A stretch of DNA of 64,000 nt. It comes from an uncultured Comamonadaceae bacterium (GTDB lineage: Bacteria; Bacteroidota; Bacteroidia; Flavobacteriales_D; Sanyastnellaceae). Positions 8,693 through 17,906 of the stretch are shown one piece after another. A program made the position numbers and the translations under genes. The stretch covers positions 55,275-119,274 of the forward strand of contig CAZGQI010000001.1 in the NCBI GenBank assembly GCA_964527895.1, written 5' to 3'. Positions within the stretch are counted from its first letter, which is position 1, and every line of letters begins with the position of its first letter. The notes below the pieces were generated by a model. The model worked only from the letters and a program-made list of their open reading frames with translations. It had not been told where the DNA came from and ran no database searches.

Positions 8693-10120
8693 TCACGGTT
8701 CCCAACGCCATCGCCACGCGCAACGAAAGGTCTCTTGTTGAGAAGGTGACCACGAGCACTGCGCCGTCCACGAACCTTCGCGGGCCCCATGTTGGGTCAC
8801 CCAAACCCCCATGCGCCAGCCCGTGCTCGGGGTCCGCGACCACACCCTGCCATCCAGTGCACGAACCATGACGTATGGCCCACGCCAATCGCCTTGACCA
8901 TCCAGCGCGAACACGCCCCATTGCCGCCGACCGCCCTCGCCCCACGCTCCTTCCACATGCCTTGCAAACGCCCGTTCTCCCGACCGGTCCCGCCCCACCC
9001 ACCACGACGCTTTCAAGGCTTCGTGCCGGAGGTGAATCCCGCCCATCAACGATTCATGCGTGCCCCCCATAGACCATCGCCAGACGCTGCGCTTGTGGGG
9101 TTGTCCTTGAAAACGGACATCCCAATCCTCCCCGCCTCGAATCCGCACCCGTGTCTGCACCAAGCCGCCGTGCTCGGGATGCTGCCAAGTGGAGAAGGTG
9201 TTCCATTGCCTTTCCCCTTGTCTCCAACCACCCTCATACACCCCTTGAATCACCCAATGGGTGCCGCGGGCCCAGCGGAACGAGGTGCGCAGGAGCCACC
9301 CCTCCGTCGACGTCCAAGCCCAGGCCAATTGCCAGTCCACGTTGTCTTTTTGGGCAGACCAATCCATGCCCAAACGCGCATCCTCACCCTCGGCAAACGC
9401 GGAGACACCCCAGGTATGGTGGCGCCGCCAGCGCGTCATCCAACCGACGTGGTGTCGGCCCGCCGTGATGCCGTGGGTCCACGCCAACCCGCGATGTTCC
9501 AGCGCTGCACCCGTCAAGGCCCCCTCGAATTGTGCGTGATGCAATCCTCTTGGGGCGAGGGGCAGCTTCACTTCGGATCCCCCGACAAACAAGGCCAAGC
9601 CAAACGCATCGGCCCGCGGCAGGGTCAATCCATGGCCCCAGCCCACTTGGTGGTGTCCAGCCACCCAGGTCCAACCCTCTGACTGGCCGGACCACGAACC
9701 GCCCCAGGACAACGAGTCCTCGACATGCAGGCGTGTGCGAAATCCTCCCCACCTGAGCCGGGCCTCATGCGAACGCACCGTCCCAGATTCTCGAAACTTC
9801 CATGCACCCGTCCAATGGAATGATGGACGCTTTTTTGCGGTCGGCAGCCACGCCTCATGTCGCAGAACCCATGCATTCCACGTTTCTGACTGCATCAGTT
9901 TGGCGCATTCCAATTCGGACAAGCCTTGAATGTTCCGGGCCTCTTCCCTGCACACGGGCCACCCTTCTTTTTGAATGTGCCAAAAGACGGCCTGGGCGCC
10001 AGACTGCGACAACCACCCTTCTTCCACGGCATTCGTCACGTGTCGCCAAACCTCCCACTCCACCAAGGAATGAATGTCTTCTTGGGCGTGGGTCGATCCG
10101 CCCCCCAAGAGCAAGACCAT
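8693..10120 (-). CDS. Tryptophan-rich hypothetical protein B (predicted beta-barrel-like C-terminal half)
   Basis: 476 aa from ATG 10120, with 46 Trp by manual count (about 10%). Many alternating segments such as WQLAWAWTS, SFRWARGTHWVIQGVY, RQWGVFALD, WRMGVWVTQ, FRCAWRWRW. The complementary plus-strand frames are proline-rich nonsense. No recognisable family; start and boundary uncertain. Confidence 0.45.
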   Translation of the reverse strand: MVLLLGGGSTHAQEDIHSLVEWEVWRHVTNAVEEGWLSQSGAQAVFWHIQKEGWPVCREEARNIQGLSELECAKLMQSETWNAWVLRHEAWLPTAKKRPSFHWTGAWKFRESGTVRSHEARLRWGGFRTRLHVEDSLSWGGSWSGQSEGWTWVAGHHQVGWGHGLTLPRADAFGLALFVGGSEVKLPLAPRGLHHAQFEGALTGAALEHRGLAWTHGITAGRHHVGWMTRWRRHHTWGVSAFAEGEDARLGMDWSAQKDNVDWQLAWAWTSTEGWLLRTSFRWARGTHWVIQGVYEGGWRQGERQWNTFSTWQHPEHGGLVQTRVRIRGGEDWDVRFQGQPHKRSVWRWSMGGTHESLMGGIHLRHEALKASWWVGRDRSGERAFARHVEGAWGEGGRRQWGVFALDGQGDWRGPYVMVRALDGRVWSRTPSTGWRMGVWVTQHGAREGSWTAQCSWSPSQQETFRCAWRWRWEP

Positions 10121-10146
10121 CGTGCCGGCCCATTTGAGATTCCACG

Positions 10147-11028
10147 TCAAGGGAGATCGGTGGTTTGGCGTTCCCAAGTCCACCACCACGACCCGCCTTG
10201 GACCCGGGCGGCCCGACGAAACAACACCCCAAACGCATCGCGACGTGACCCCACCCTGGACTTGCGCCGCCGCGTGGACGAACCCAACGTCTCCTTGCCC
10301 AAACTGCCCGACCAACTCAGCGTCCATTGACCCGCAGGCCAAGACCATTGCCCGACCACGCGTCCAGGCATGGGTTTCCAAGGCCGCATCGCGTCCCACC
10401 AACCGGGATCGAGACCCCAAGCCACGTGCCACGCCCCGCCCTCTGACCAGCCCAATGCAGGCAGCCCCACAGGACTGGATCCCAAATTGGGCTTCCACCA
10501 GGCTGTCCAGCCAAAGGCCCCTTGGGCGGTCCGCACCAAACCCTGCTCCGTCACGCCTGAAAGCGGGAGTCCCTGCCCCAATGTGGCGCGGACTTCCAAC
10601 CGAATGTCGCCCCATGTTTCGCGTTGGTGAACCTGTCCAAACAGGTCCACCAAAGGCACGTGACGTTGGACTTCAGGCCACGACGCCCAGCCGACATCCA
10701 TGCGCAGTGAGCCTCGCATTCGGCCGTCCCAGGTCGTTCCCAAGCCCAGCCATGCTTGGGTTTCACGCCACACAGGACTTCCTTCGGTTTGGGCTCCAAG
10801 TGCCCATTCCATCTTCCTACGGCTCCCCCAAAGCGCCATCGAAAACCCATGCCAATTCGCACCCCATGTCGGCTGACTTCCCCACAGTGCACCCCCGGTG
10901 CATGACAATCGAGCCCGCGTCTGCAGGAGAGAATCGGAGACGAGCGTTTGGGCTGCGAAGGGGCTGCCAAATCCCCACACGAGGAAGGCCATCCACCTTA
11001 CCTGTTTGCGCCATGTTCTTTGTCCCAT
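10147..11028 (-). CDS. Tryptophan-rich hypothetical protein A (signal peptide)
   Basis: 293 aa from ATG 11028 (a GTG one codon upstream is the track start). MGQRTWRKQVRWMAFLVWGFGSPFAAQ looks like a signal peptide. 31 Trp by manual count (about 10%). A weak -7-like box TCCCTTTG (11043-11036) lies 7 nt upstream of the ATG. The last ~45 residues (STRRRKSRVGSRRDAF...) look out of frame. Confidence 0.4.
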   Translation of the reverse strand: MGQRTWRKQVRWMAFLVWGFGSPFAAQTLVSDSLLQTRARLSCTGGALWGSQPTWGANWHGFSMALWGSRRKMEWALGAQTEGSPVWRETQAWLGLGTTWDGRMRGSLRMDVGWASWPEVQRHVPLVDLFGQVHQRETWGDIRLEVRATLGQGLPLSGVTEQGLVRTAQGAFGWTAWWKPNLGSSPVGLPALGWSEGGAWHVAWGLDPGWWDAMRPWKPMPGRVVGQWSWPAGQWTLSWSGSLGKETLGSSTRRRKSRVGSRRDAFGVLFRRAARVQGGSWWWTWERQTTDLP

Positions 11029-11093
11029 CACACCGCAAAGGGAACCGACTCGTTCTCAGGTTCTCCGCACACTTCACCCCCGCAATGTGAGGG

Positions 11094-11123
11094 TTGACAG
11101 GCGAGAAAAACCGCGTACCTTTG
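11094..11123 (+). promoter_or_regulatory. Putative promoter of tRNA-Leu (and possibly tig): TTGACA ... TACCTTTG
   Basis: TTG at 11094-11096 and TACCTTTG at 11116-11123 are separated by 19 nt, as in the Bacteroidota -33/-7 architecture. The tRNA 5' end is 15 nt downstream of the box. Confidence 0.5.
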
Positions 11124-11138
11124 CGGCCCTCGAAGGGC

Positions 11139-11218
11139 GCGGGTGTGGTGAAATTGGTAGACACGCCAGACTTAGGATCTGGTGCTTCGGCGTGGGGGTT
11201 CGAGTCCCTCCACCCGCA
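11139..11218 (+). tRNA. tRNA-Leu (anticodon UAG)
   Basis: Hand-folded cloverleaf: acceptor GCGGGTG/CACCCGC, anticodon stem CCAGA/TCTGG with loop CTTAGGA, long variable arm TGCTTCGGCGT, T-arm GGGGG-TTCGAGT-CCCTC, discriminator A. CCA is not encoded. Confidence 0.9.
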
Positions 11219-11258
11219 CATCTTCGAGGAAACTAACTGGCAACCAGAAAACCTGCCC

Positions 11259-12614
11259 ATGAACGTCTCTCAGACTTCCCTCGACGACCTCCGCATTGAG
11301 CTGGCCGTCACCCTCGCCCCCGAGGACTACTCACCCCGCGTGGAACGCAGCTTGAAGCGCCACCAGAAAAACGCCCAAATGCCGGGCTTCCGCAAGGGCA
11401 AAGTCCCCATGCAACTCATCAAGCGCCAGTACGGACAATCCGTGCTTGCCGAGGAGTTGAACCAAATGCTCAGCGAGCAGTTGCAGTCGCACATTCAAGA
11501 GAACAAATTGAATGTGTTGGGCAACCCCATTCCGAGCGAGGACAAGGAAGATTCAGGCGACTGGAACAACCCCGACACGTTCACGTTCCACTACGAGTTG
11601 GGCTTGGCGCCTGCTTTAGATTTGGACTTCGGGAAAAAGGCCAAATTCACACGTCACAAAATCAAGGTCGACAAGAAAGCCATTGACAACCAGGTCACCG
11701 ACCTGCAGCGTCGCCACGGCAAGATGAGCGACCCCGACAAGAGCGCCGACAACGACATGTTGGTGGGCACATTCGCCCAGCTCGACGCCGACGGCGCCGT
11801 GCTCGAAGGCGGCATCACCAGCGACAGCACCGTCAGCGTGGAGTTTGTGGAAGACAAGAAGACCAAGAAGGCTTTGGTCGGATTGGAACCCGGCAGTGAA
11901 GTCACCGTGGACCCTCACAAAGTGAGCCGTGGGCACGACGATTTGGGCCGCATGTTGGGCATCTCGCACGAGCAGGTGCACGACTTGAAGGGCGAGTTCA
12001 AATTCACGGTGAAAGAGGTGAAGCGCCTTGAGCCCCACGACATCAACCAGGCGCTGTTCGACAAGGTTTACGGCGAGGGGGTGGTGACCGACGAGAAGGC
12101 CTTCCGCGAGCGCGTGTCTCAGGACCTCGACGGACACTTCGACCGCGATGCCGAATGGGTGTTCCGCCGCCGCTTCGTGGTGGACCTCATGGACCACATC
12201 AAGATGGATCTCCCTGACACCTTCCTCAAGCGTTGGATCATGTTGACCAATGAGAACCCGCTCACGCCTGAGCAGGTGGAGGAGGAATACCCTGGTTACG
12301 CCGAGTCGTTGCGCTGGCAGATCCTGCAGCAAACCGTGTCGGAGGCCATCGATTTGAAGGTGACCGCCGAAGAGCTCGAAGGCGAGGCCAAACGCATGGT
12401 CGGCGCCCAATACGCCCAGTACGGCATGCCCATGGACGAGGAAACCCTCACCAACGTGGCGAAAAACGTGCTGAACGACGAGAAGGAACGCCGTCGCATT
12501 GCCGACGTCCTCGTGGAGCGGAAGGTCGTGGACGACCTGAAGACGCGCGTGACGATTTCCGAGAAGCAAGTGAGCTTCGACGAGTTCGGAAAGCTCGCGG
12601 CCGAGGTTCGTTGA
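11259..12614 (+). CDS. tig: Trigger factor
   Basis: 451 aa from ATG 11259. GFRKGKVPMQLIKRQYGQSVLAEELNQ is the trigger-factor ribosome-binding signature region. The track start 11094 reads through the tRNA-Leu gene and is rejected. Confidence 0.9.
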   Translation: MNVSQTSLDDLRIELAVTLAPEDYSPRVERSLKRHQKNAQMPGFRKGKVPMQLIKRQYGQSVLAEELNQMLSEQLQSHIQENKLNVLGNPIPSEDKEDSGDWNNPDTFTFHYELGLAPALDLDFGKKAKFTRHKIKVDKKAIDNQVTDLQRRHGKMSDPDKSADNDMLVGTFAQLDADGAVLEGGITSDSTVSVEFVEDKKTKKALVGLEPGSEVTVDPHKVSRGHDDLGRMLGISHEQVHDLKGEFKFTVKEVKRLEPHDINQALFDKVYGEGVVTDEKAFRERVSQDLDGHFDRDAEWVFRRRFVVDLMDHIKMDLPDTFLKRWIMLTNENPLTPEQVEEEYPGYAESLRWQILQQTVSEAIDLKVTAEELEGEAKRMVGAQYAQYGMPMDEETLTNVAKNVLNDEKERRRIADVLVERKVVDDLKTRVTISEKQVSFDEFGKLAAEVR

Positions 12615-12638
12615 TTCTACCCCAACGGTTGTGAACAA

Positions 12639-12658
12639 CCCGGGTCAAAGGGCCCGGG
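12639..12658 (+). terminator. Weak GC hairpin downstream of tig (CCCGGG-N8-CCCGGG)
   Basis: A 6-bp all-GC stem 25 nt after the tig stop, with no U-tract. It could equally be a processing site or nothing. Confidence 0.2.
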
Positions 12659-12700
12659 GGTGAGGTGCGTGGGCAGTAATTTGGCCTTAAGAATCACAAC

Positions 12701-13393
12701 ATGAACAACCGCAAAGAATTCCTGAAGTACGCCGTGCATCACCACGGCATGAGCAGCCACACCGTCGAAGATTACATCTCGGCCACACACAGTCCTGTGT
12801 CGGGTCCAGACAGCATGACGCGCACGGTGATTGAAGAACGTCCGATGCCCTTCCGGGAAGTCGACGTGTTCTCACGCTTGATGGCCGACCGCATCATCTT
12901 CCTCGGCACCGGGGTGGACGACTACATCGCCAACATCATCCAGGCCCAGCTCCTCTTCTTGGAATCCACCGACCCCGGCAAGGACATCCAGATCTACATC
13001 AACTCCCCAGGGGGAAGTGTCTACGCAGGCCTCGGCATCTACGACACCATGCAGTACATCCGCCCCGATGTGGCGACAATCTGCACGGGCATGGCGGCCT
13101 CCATGGGCGCCGTGTTGCTCTGCGGCGGTGCGGCGGGCAAGCGCACTGGCTTGAAGCACAGCCGCGTGATGATTCACCAGCCTTTGGGCGGCGCACGCGG
13201 CCAGGCTTCCGACATCGAAATCACGGCGCGCGAAATCCAAAAGCTCAAGAAAGAGCTCTACGACATCATCGCGACGCACAGCGGACAGACCTACGACAAG
13301 GTTTGGGAAGACAGCGACCGGGACTACTGGATGATTGCCGAAGAAGCGAAAGCGTACGGCATGATCGACGAAGTCTTGGTTCGTCCGAGCTGA
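12701..13393 (+). CDS. clpP: ATP-dependent Clp protease proteolytic subunit
   Basis: [35 protein letters not shown]...[11 protein letters not shown]...MIHQPLGG is canonical ClpP. It has the N-terminal extension usual in Bacteroidota. Confidence 0.95.
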   Translation: MNNRKEFLKYAVHHHGMSSHTVEDYISATHSPVSGPDSMTRTVIEERPMPFREVDVFSRLMADRIIFLGTGVDDYIANIIQAQLLFLESTDPGKDIQIYINSPGGSVYAGLGIYDTMQYIRPDVATICTGMAASMGAVLLCGGAAGKRTGLKHSRVMIHQPLGGARGQASDIEITAREIQKLKKELYDIIATHSGQTYDKVWEDSDRDYWMIAEEAKAYGMIDEVLVRPS

Positions 13394-13433
13394 TTCGACG
13401 TAATTTCGAGGGCTCACAACTGAACGAACGCCC

Positions 13434-14690
13434 ATGTCCGAGAAAGACATACAATGCTCGTTTTGCGGCCGACGCAAAGACGAGGTGGACATCCTCATTG
13501 CCGGTGCAACAGGTCACATTTGTGAACGTTGCGTCGAGCAAGCCGAGGCCATTGTCCAGGAGGAAGTCACCGCCAAAGGCGGCGACCAATCGGCCCTGGA
13601 TTTCACCCTGCGTCGTCCTGCAGAAATCAAGACGTACCTCGACGACTTCGTCATCGGCCAGGAAGCGGCCAAGCGCACGCTCAGCGTAGCAGTGTACAAC
13701 CACTACAAGCGGTTGACCCACAAAAGCACGGACGACGCCTCTGAGGTGGAGTTGGACAAAAGCAACGTCATCCTTGTCGGGGAAACCGGCACGGGAAAAA
13801 CGTTGCTGGCCAAAACCATCGCCCGCATGCTCGACGTGCCCTTCTGCATCGCCGACGCCACGGTTCTGACCGAGGCTGGCTATGTGGGGGAAGATGTTGA
13901 AAGCGTCCTTTCTCGTCTCCTGCAGGCCGCCGACTACGACGTGCAAGCGGCGGAGCGAGGCATTGTGTTCATCGACGAAATCGACAAGATTGCCCGCAAG
14001 AGCGACAACCCGAGCATCACCCGCGATGTCAGCGGCGAAGGCGTGCAGCAGGCCCTGTTGAAGTTGCTCGAAGGAACCGACGTGCAAGTGCCGCCTCAAG
14101 GGGGACGCAAGCACCCGGAACAGAAGCTCATCACCGTGAACACTGGCAACATCTTGTTCATCTGCGGCGGGGCCTTCGCGGGCATGGAGAAGATTGTGGC
14201 GCGCCGGTTGCGCAAAAGCACCATCGGCTACGCATCGGCTGGCCATGTGGTGGATGAAAACGACGCCTTGGCGTACGTGGACCCTTCGGATTTGCGCGCG
14301 TTTGGTCTGATTCCGGAATTGATCGGTCGCTTTCCCGTGTTGACGGCGCTTCGGCCGTTGAAGCGGCACGCCTTGCGCCGCATTTTGACCGAGCCCAAAA
14401 ACGCGTTGATCCGACAGTACACCAAACTGTTCGCGATGGACGGCATCGCCTTGACCTTCGAATCGGAGGCGCTGGATTTGGTGGTCGACCACGCCGTGAG
14501 CCGAAAGCTCGGCGCGCGCGGATTGCGGGGCATCTGTGAAGTCATCCTTCGCAACGCCATGTTTGACCTGCCCGGAAGCGACACCCAATCGCTCAAGGTC
14601 ACCGCCAAGTACGCCCAAGCCCAAATCGCCGCCCAGCACGAGTCGTTTGACACGCCCGACACCCCTGCAGTGGACGCCAAAGCTTCTTGA
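13434..14690 (+). CDS. clpX: ATP-dependent Clp protease ATP-binding subunit ClpX
   Basis: Zinc-finger [11 protein letters not shown]...HICERC, Walker [14 protein letters not shown], and the [10 protein letters not shown] Walker B region. Confidence 0.95.
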   Translation: MSEKDIQCSFCGRRKDEVDILIAGATGHICERCVEQAEAIVQEEVTAKGGDQSALDFTLRRPAEIKTYLDDFVIGQEAAKRTLSVAVYNHYKRLTHKSTDDASEVELDKSNVILVGETGTGKTLLAKTIARMLDVPFCIADATVLTEAGYVGEDVESVLSRLLQAADYDVQAAERGIVFIDEIDKIARKSDNPSITRDVSGEGVQQALLKLLEGTDVQVPPQGGRKHPEQKLITVNTGNILFICGGAFAGMEKIVARRLRKSTIGYASAGHVVDENDALAYVDPSDLRAFGLIPELIGRFPVLTALRPLKRHALRRILTEPKNALIRQYTKLFAMDGIALTFESEALDLVVDHAVSRKLGARGLRGICEVILRNAMFDLPGSDTQSLKVTAKYAQAQIAAQHESFDTPDTPAVDAKAS

Positions 14691-14692
14691 CC

Positions 14693-15154
14693 ATGCGCTT
14701 TTTCCTCTTCCCCCTCTTCGCCGCACTCCTCTTGATGGCGTGTGGACAAGCCACCACCTCTCACCAAAGCGAACCCACTTCCGACGGCGCGGTGCAGGCA
14801 TCCAGCCCCATTCTGAGGGACGTCAGCAACGATGAGTTCGCCGCCTTGATGGCCTCCAAGCCCGGTGCCTTGTTGCTGGACGTACGCACCCCGGAAGAAT
14901 GGGAAGAAGGACACCTCGAAGGGGCGGCCCATGCGGACTATTGGGGCGATGAAGCTGCCTTTGAAGCGGCCATGAATGCCATTCCCCGCGACCGCCCCGT
15001 GCTCGTGTATTGTGCAGGTGGAGGCCGCAGCGGACTCACCGCCAAAGAGCTCATCGAGGCAGGGCACCAAGAGGTCTACAACCTGGAAGACGGGATTTCA
15101 GGCTGGGAAGGACAGGGACTCCCTGTGGTGACGGGACCGCCCGTCGCGATGTGA
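14693..15154 (+). CDS. Rhodanese-domain lipoprotein
   Basis: MRFFLFPLFAALLLMACGQ is a lipoprotein signal. LLDVRTPEEWEEGHLEGA...VLVYCAGGGRS is a rhodanese fold with an active-site Cys loop. ATG 14693 is preferred over the TTG 14687 track start. Confidence 0.75.
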   Translation: MRFFLFPLFAALLLMACGQATTSHQSEPTSDGAVQASSPILRDVSNDEFAALMASKPGALLLDVRTPEEWEEGHLEGAAHADYWGDEAAFEAAMNAIPRDRPVLVYCAGGGRSGLTAKELIEAGHQEVYNLEDGISGWEGQGLPVVTGPPVAM

Positions 15155-15217
15155 GGGTGTGAACCCCTTGTGAATAACGGGCCCTCAGTCTTTTGGGGTG
15201 CTCCGAGGCTTCCATGC

Positions 15218-15225
15218 TACTTTCG
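15218..15225 (+). promoter_or_regulatory. Putative -7 box TACTTTCG upstream of mutS
   Basis: TAnnTT[C]G variant 38 nt upstream of GTG 15264. It lies inside the 15198-start version of the ORF, which argues for the shorter mutS. Confidence 0.3.
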
Positions 15226-15263
15226 AGGTTCCCCCTGCGGGAAAACCCTCAAAACCCCTCGAC

Positions 15264-17894
15264 GTGGCTGGCAAGGAAACCCCTTTGATGAAGCAATACA
15301 ACCGGATCAAGGTCAAGCATCCGGACACCGTGCTGCTCTTCAGGGTCGGGGACTTTTACGAGACTTTCGGGGCAGATGCTGTGGCGGCCGCCAAGGTGCT
15401 CAACATCGTGCTGACCAAGCGCGGAAACGGCAGCGCCTCGGAGGTGGAACTCGCAGGCTTTCCGCATCACAGCTTGGACACCTACCTGCCCAAGCTCGTC
15501 AAGTCCGGCTTGAAAGTGGCCGTCTGCGACCAGCTTGAGGATCCCAAACAAGCCAAAGGCCTCGTCAAACGCGGCGTGACGGAACTCGTCACCCCGGGAT
15601 TGGTGATGCACGACCACGTGCTGGAAAGCAAAGCCAACCACTACGTGGCTGCGATTCATTGGACGTCGAAAGCCGTGGGGTTGGCCCTGCTCGACTTGAG
15701 CACGGGCGAATTCCAAGCCGCCGAAGGAGACGCGCGTTGGATCGACCGCATCCTTCGAAGCCTTGAGCCCAAAGAATGGCTCGTCAACCGCCAATGTGAA
15801 GGGGACGTACGCGCCCTGTTTGGGGACGACGTGACGCGCACCAAGCTCGACGATTGGGTGTTCACCGAAGCCCATGCCCACGATCTGATCAAACAGCAGT
15901 TTGGCACAGGGACGCTAAAGGGCTTTGGGTTGGACGACGCCCCGTTCGCCTCCGTGGCTGTGGGGGTGGTGCTGCACTACTTGGACGCCACGCACCACCG
16001 CCAATTGGATCACCTTCAAGGCATCCGCCGGCTTCGGCCAGAAGAGGGAATGTGGTTGGACCGCTTCACGGTGCGCAACCTCGAAATCCTGCATCCCAAC
16101 CATCCGGATGGCACCACCCTCGTGGACGTGCTCGACCGCACGTGCACGCCCATGGGCGGCCGGGCGTTGCGACGTGCTTTGGTGGCGCCATTGACAGAAT
16201 TGAAGGCCATCGAGGCGCGTCACGATGCCGTGGGACGTCTCTCTGAAGAAGTGAGTTTGCGCCACGACCTGCGACAAATCCTCAACCAAGTTGGCGATTT
16301 GGAGCGCTTGACGTCCAAGGCCAGTTCGGGGCGCATCAACCCCCGCGAGGTGGGGCACATCCGTCGGGGCCTTCACGCCGTGCAACACGTGGCCGACGCC
16401 ACCGCCGGGGAAGCTTCCCTGCTCCCCTACCTCGAGCAACTCTCGCCATGCAGCGACCTGCTTGCCAGGCTCAACCGAGAACTCGTCGAGGAACCCGCCG
16501 CGGCCATTGGCAAGGGTGAGGTCATTGCCTCCGGGGTGAGTGCCCAACTCGATGAGGTGCGCCGGCTGGCGTTTCACAGCCAAGAAGCGCTGGATGCCAT
16601 CCGCGACCGAGAGGCCGAAGCCACCGGCATCTCCGGATTGAAGATTGCCTTCAACAACGTCTTTGGGTACTACCTCGAGGTGCGAAACGCCCACAAGGAC
16701 AAGGTGCCGGAAGGATGGATTCGGAAGCAAACCCTGACCCAGGCGGAGCGCTACATCACGGAGGAACTCAAGGAGCTTGAGGCCCAAATCCTCCAAGCCA
16801 AGGAGCAGGCTGAATCCCTCGAACACGCCGCATTTGCAGCATTGGTGGCCGCGTGCGTCTCTGAAGTGAGTGCCCTCATGGCGAATGCCCGGGCCTTGGG
16901 CTTGCTCGACATGTTGGCGAGTCACGCAGAGACGGCCACGGAACTGGGGTACACCCGGCCCCGCATGTCGGAGTCGCAAGGAATCCAGATTTCCGAAGGC
17001 AGGCACCCCGTGATTGAACGGCAATTGCCGCTGGGAGAAACCTACGTCGCCAACGACGTTCAACTCGATGCGGAGGGACGCCAAATCTTGATGGTGACCG
17101 GCCCCAACATGTCGGGAAAGAGTGCGCTCCTGCGCCAAACCGCCCTCATCTCCTTGATGGCGCAAGCCGGATCGTTTGTCCCCGCCAAGGCGGCCGACCT
17201 CGGCATCCTCGACCGCATCTTCACACGTGTAGGCGCCTCCGACAACATCAGCAGCGGCGAGTCCACATTCATGGTTGAAATGAATGAGACGGCGGCCATC
17301 TTGAACAACCTGACTTCGCGGAGCCTTGTGTTGCTCGACGAAATCGGGAGAGGCACGAGCACGTACGACGGCGTGAGCATTGCCTGGGCCATCGCCGAGC
17401 ACCTACACGAATCGAAGGATTTGCGGCCCTTGACGTTGTTTGCGACCCACTACCACGAGCTCAACGACATGAGCCAGCGGTTCCCACGCATTGTCAACGT
17501 GAACGTGAGCGTGAAGGAGATGAATGGCAAAATCGTGTTCCTCCGAAAGCTCGCCCCGGGAGGCTCCAACCACAGCTTTGGGATTCACGTCGCCCAGTTG
17601 GCAGGCATGCCTCGGTCCCTGGTCCGCAGGGCAGAAGAAGTGCTGACCACGCTGGAGGATGCGCGTGGCGAGAAACCCACCGGCACGGCGCCCGACGTGT
17701 CCAACGTCGTCGCTCCCGAGGAGGGCATTCAGATGAGCTTCTTTCAGCTTGACGACCCTTCCCTCGAAGCCATCCGGGACCGCATCATGGAAGTCGACAT
17801 CGACCACCTCACCCCTGTGGAGGCCTTGATGAAATTGCACGAAATCAAGGCCACCCTCACGGGCAAGTCGTCCAAAGAAAGTCTGAAGGCGTAG
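15264..17894 (+). CDS. mutS: DNA mismatch repair protein MutS
   Basis: ETPLMKQYNRIKVKHPDTVLLFRVGDFYETFG is the canonical MutS N-terminus, and the Walker A is GPNMSGKSALLRQ. Start uncertain: GVAGKETPLMKQY suggests GTG 15264; the alternatives are GTG 15198 and ATG 15288. Confidence 0.9.
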   Translation: MAGKETPLMKQYNRIKVKHPDTVLLFRVGDFYETFGADAVAAAKVLNIVLTKRGNGSASEVELAGFPHHSLDTYLPKLVKSGLKVAVCDQLEDPKQAKGLVKRGVTELVTPGLVMHDHVLESKANHYVAAIHWTSKAVGLALLDLSTGEFQAAEGDARWIDRILRSLEPKEWLVNRQCEGDVRALFGDDVTRTKLDDWVFTEAHAHDLIKQQFGTGTLKGFGLDDAPFASVAVGVVLHYLDATHHRQLDHLQGIRRLRPEEGMWLDRFTVRNLEILHPNHPDGTTLVDVLDRTCTPMGGRALRRALVAPLTELKAIEARHDAVGRLSEEVSLRHDLRQILNQVGDLERLTSKASSGRINPREVGHIRRGLHAVQHVADATAGEASLLPYLEQLSPCSDLLARLNRELVEEPAAAIGKGEVIASGVSAQLDEVRRLAFHSQEALDAIRDREAEATGISGLKIAFNNVFGYYLEVRNAHKDKVPEGWIRKQTLTQAERYITEELKELEAQILQAKEQAESLEHAAFAALVAACVSEVSALMANARALGLLDMLASHAETATELGYTRPRMSESQGIQISEGRHPVIERQLPLGETYVANDVQLDAEGRQILMVTGPNMSGKSALLRQTALISLMAQAGSFVPAKAADLGILDRIFTRVGASDNISSGESTFMVEMNETAAILNNLTSRSLVLLDEIGRGTSTYDGVSIAWAIAEHLHESKDLRPLTLFATHYHELNDMSQRFPRIVNVNVSVKEMNGKIVFLRKLAPGGSNHSFGIHVAQLAGMPRSLVRRAEEVLTTLEDARGEKPTGTAPDVSNVVAPEEGIQMSFFQLDDPSLEAIRDRIMEVDIDHLTPVEALMKLHEIKATLTGKSSKESLKA

Positions 17895-17906
17895 GGCGTG
17901 ACTCCG

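Noticed and set aside
8693-11031. Possibility that the Trp-rich region is a horizontally acquired island
   Set aside because: The two 60-nt lines I counted inside it were 58% G+C. There are no flanking repeats, integrase or tRNA-attachment signature; the adjacent tRNA-Leu is intact and divergently oriented. I could not compute k-mer statistics.
8789-11090. Proline-rich plus-strand ORFs (297 aa at 8789-9682 and 338 aa at 10074-11090), considered as alternative coding frames for the Trp-rich region
   Set aside because: They are the CCA/CCN complements of the TGG-rich minus frame. They have no signal peptides or secondary-structure-like periodicity. The minus frames have a signal peptide, a dyad beta pattern and a plausible -7-like box. 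This remains the least certain coding call in the window.
11094-11258. N-terminal extension of tig in the ORF track
   Set aside because: It translates straight through the tRNA-Leu gene (…GVVKLVDTPDLGSGASAWGFESLHP…). The real start is ATG 11259.
11616-12638. 340-aa minus-strand ORF
   Set aside because: Antisense to trigger factor. No motifs.
12701-12880. N-terminal ~45-aa extension of ClpP
   Set aside because: The same extension (…KEF.KYA..HHG…) is, to my recollection, standard in Bacteroidota ClpP, so it is not novel.
15915-17402. 495-aa minus-strand ORF inside mutS
   Set aside because: Antisense to an unambiguous MutS reading frame. The composition is Arg/Gly/His/Val-rich and low-complexity with no motifs, as expected for the stop-poor antisense frame of a GC-rich gene.
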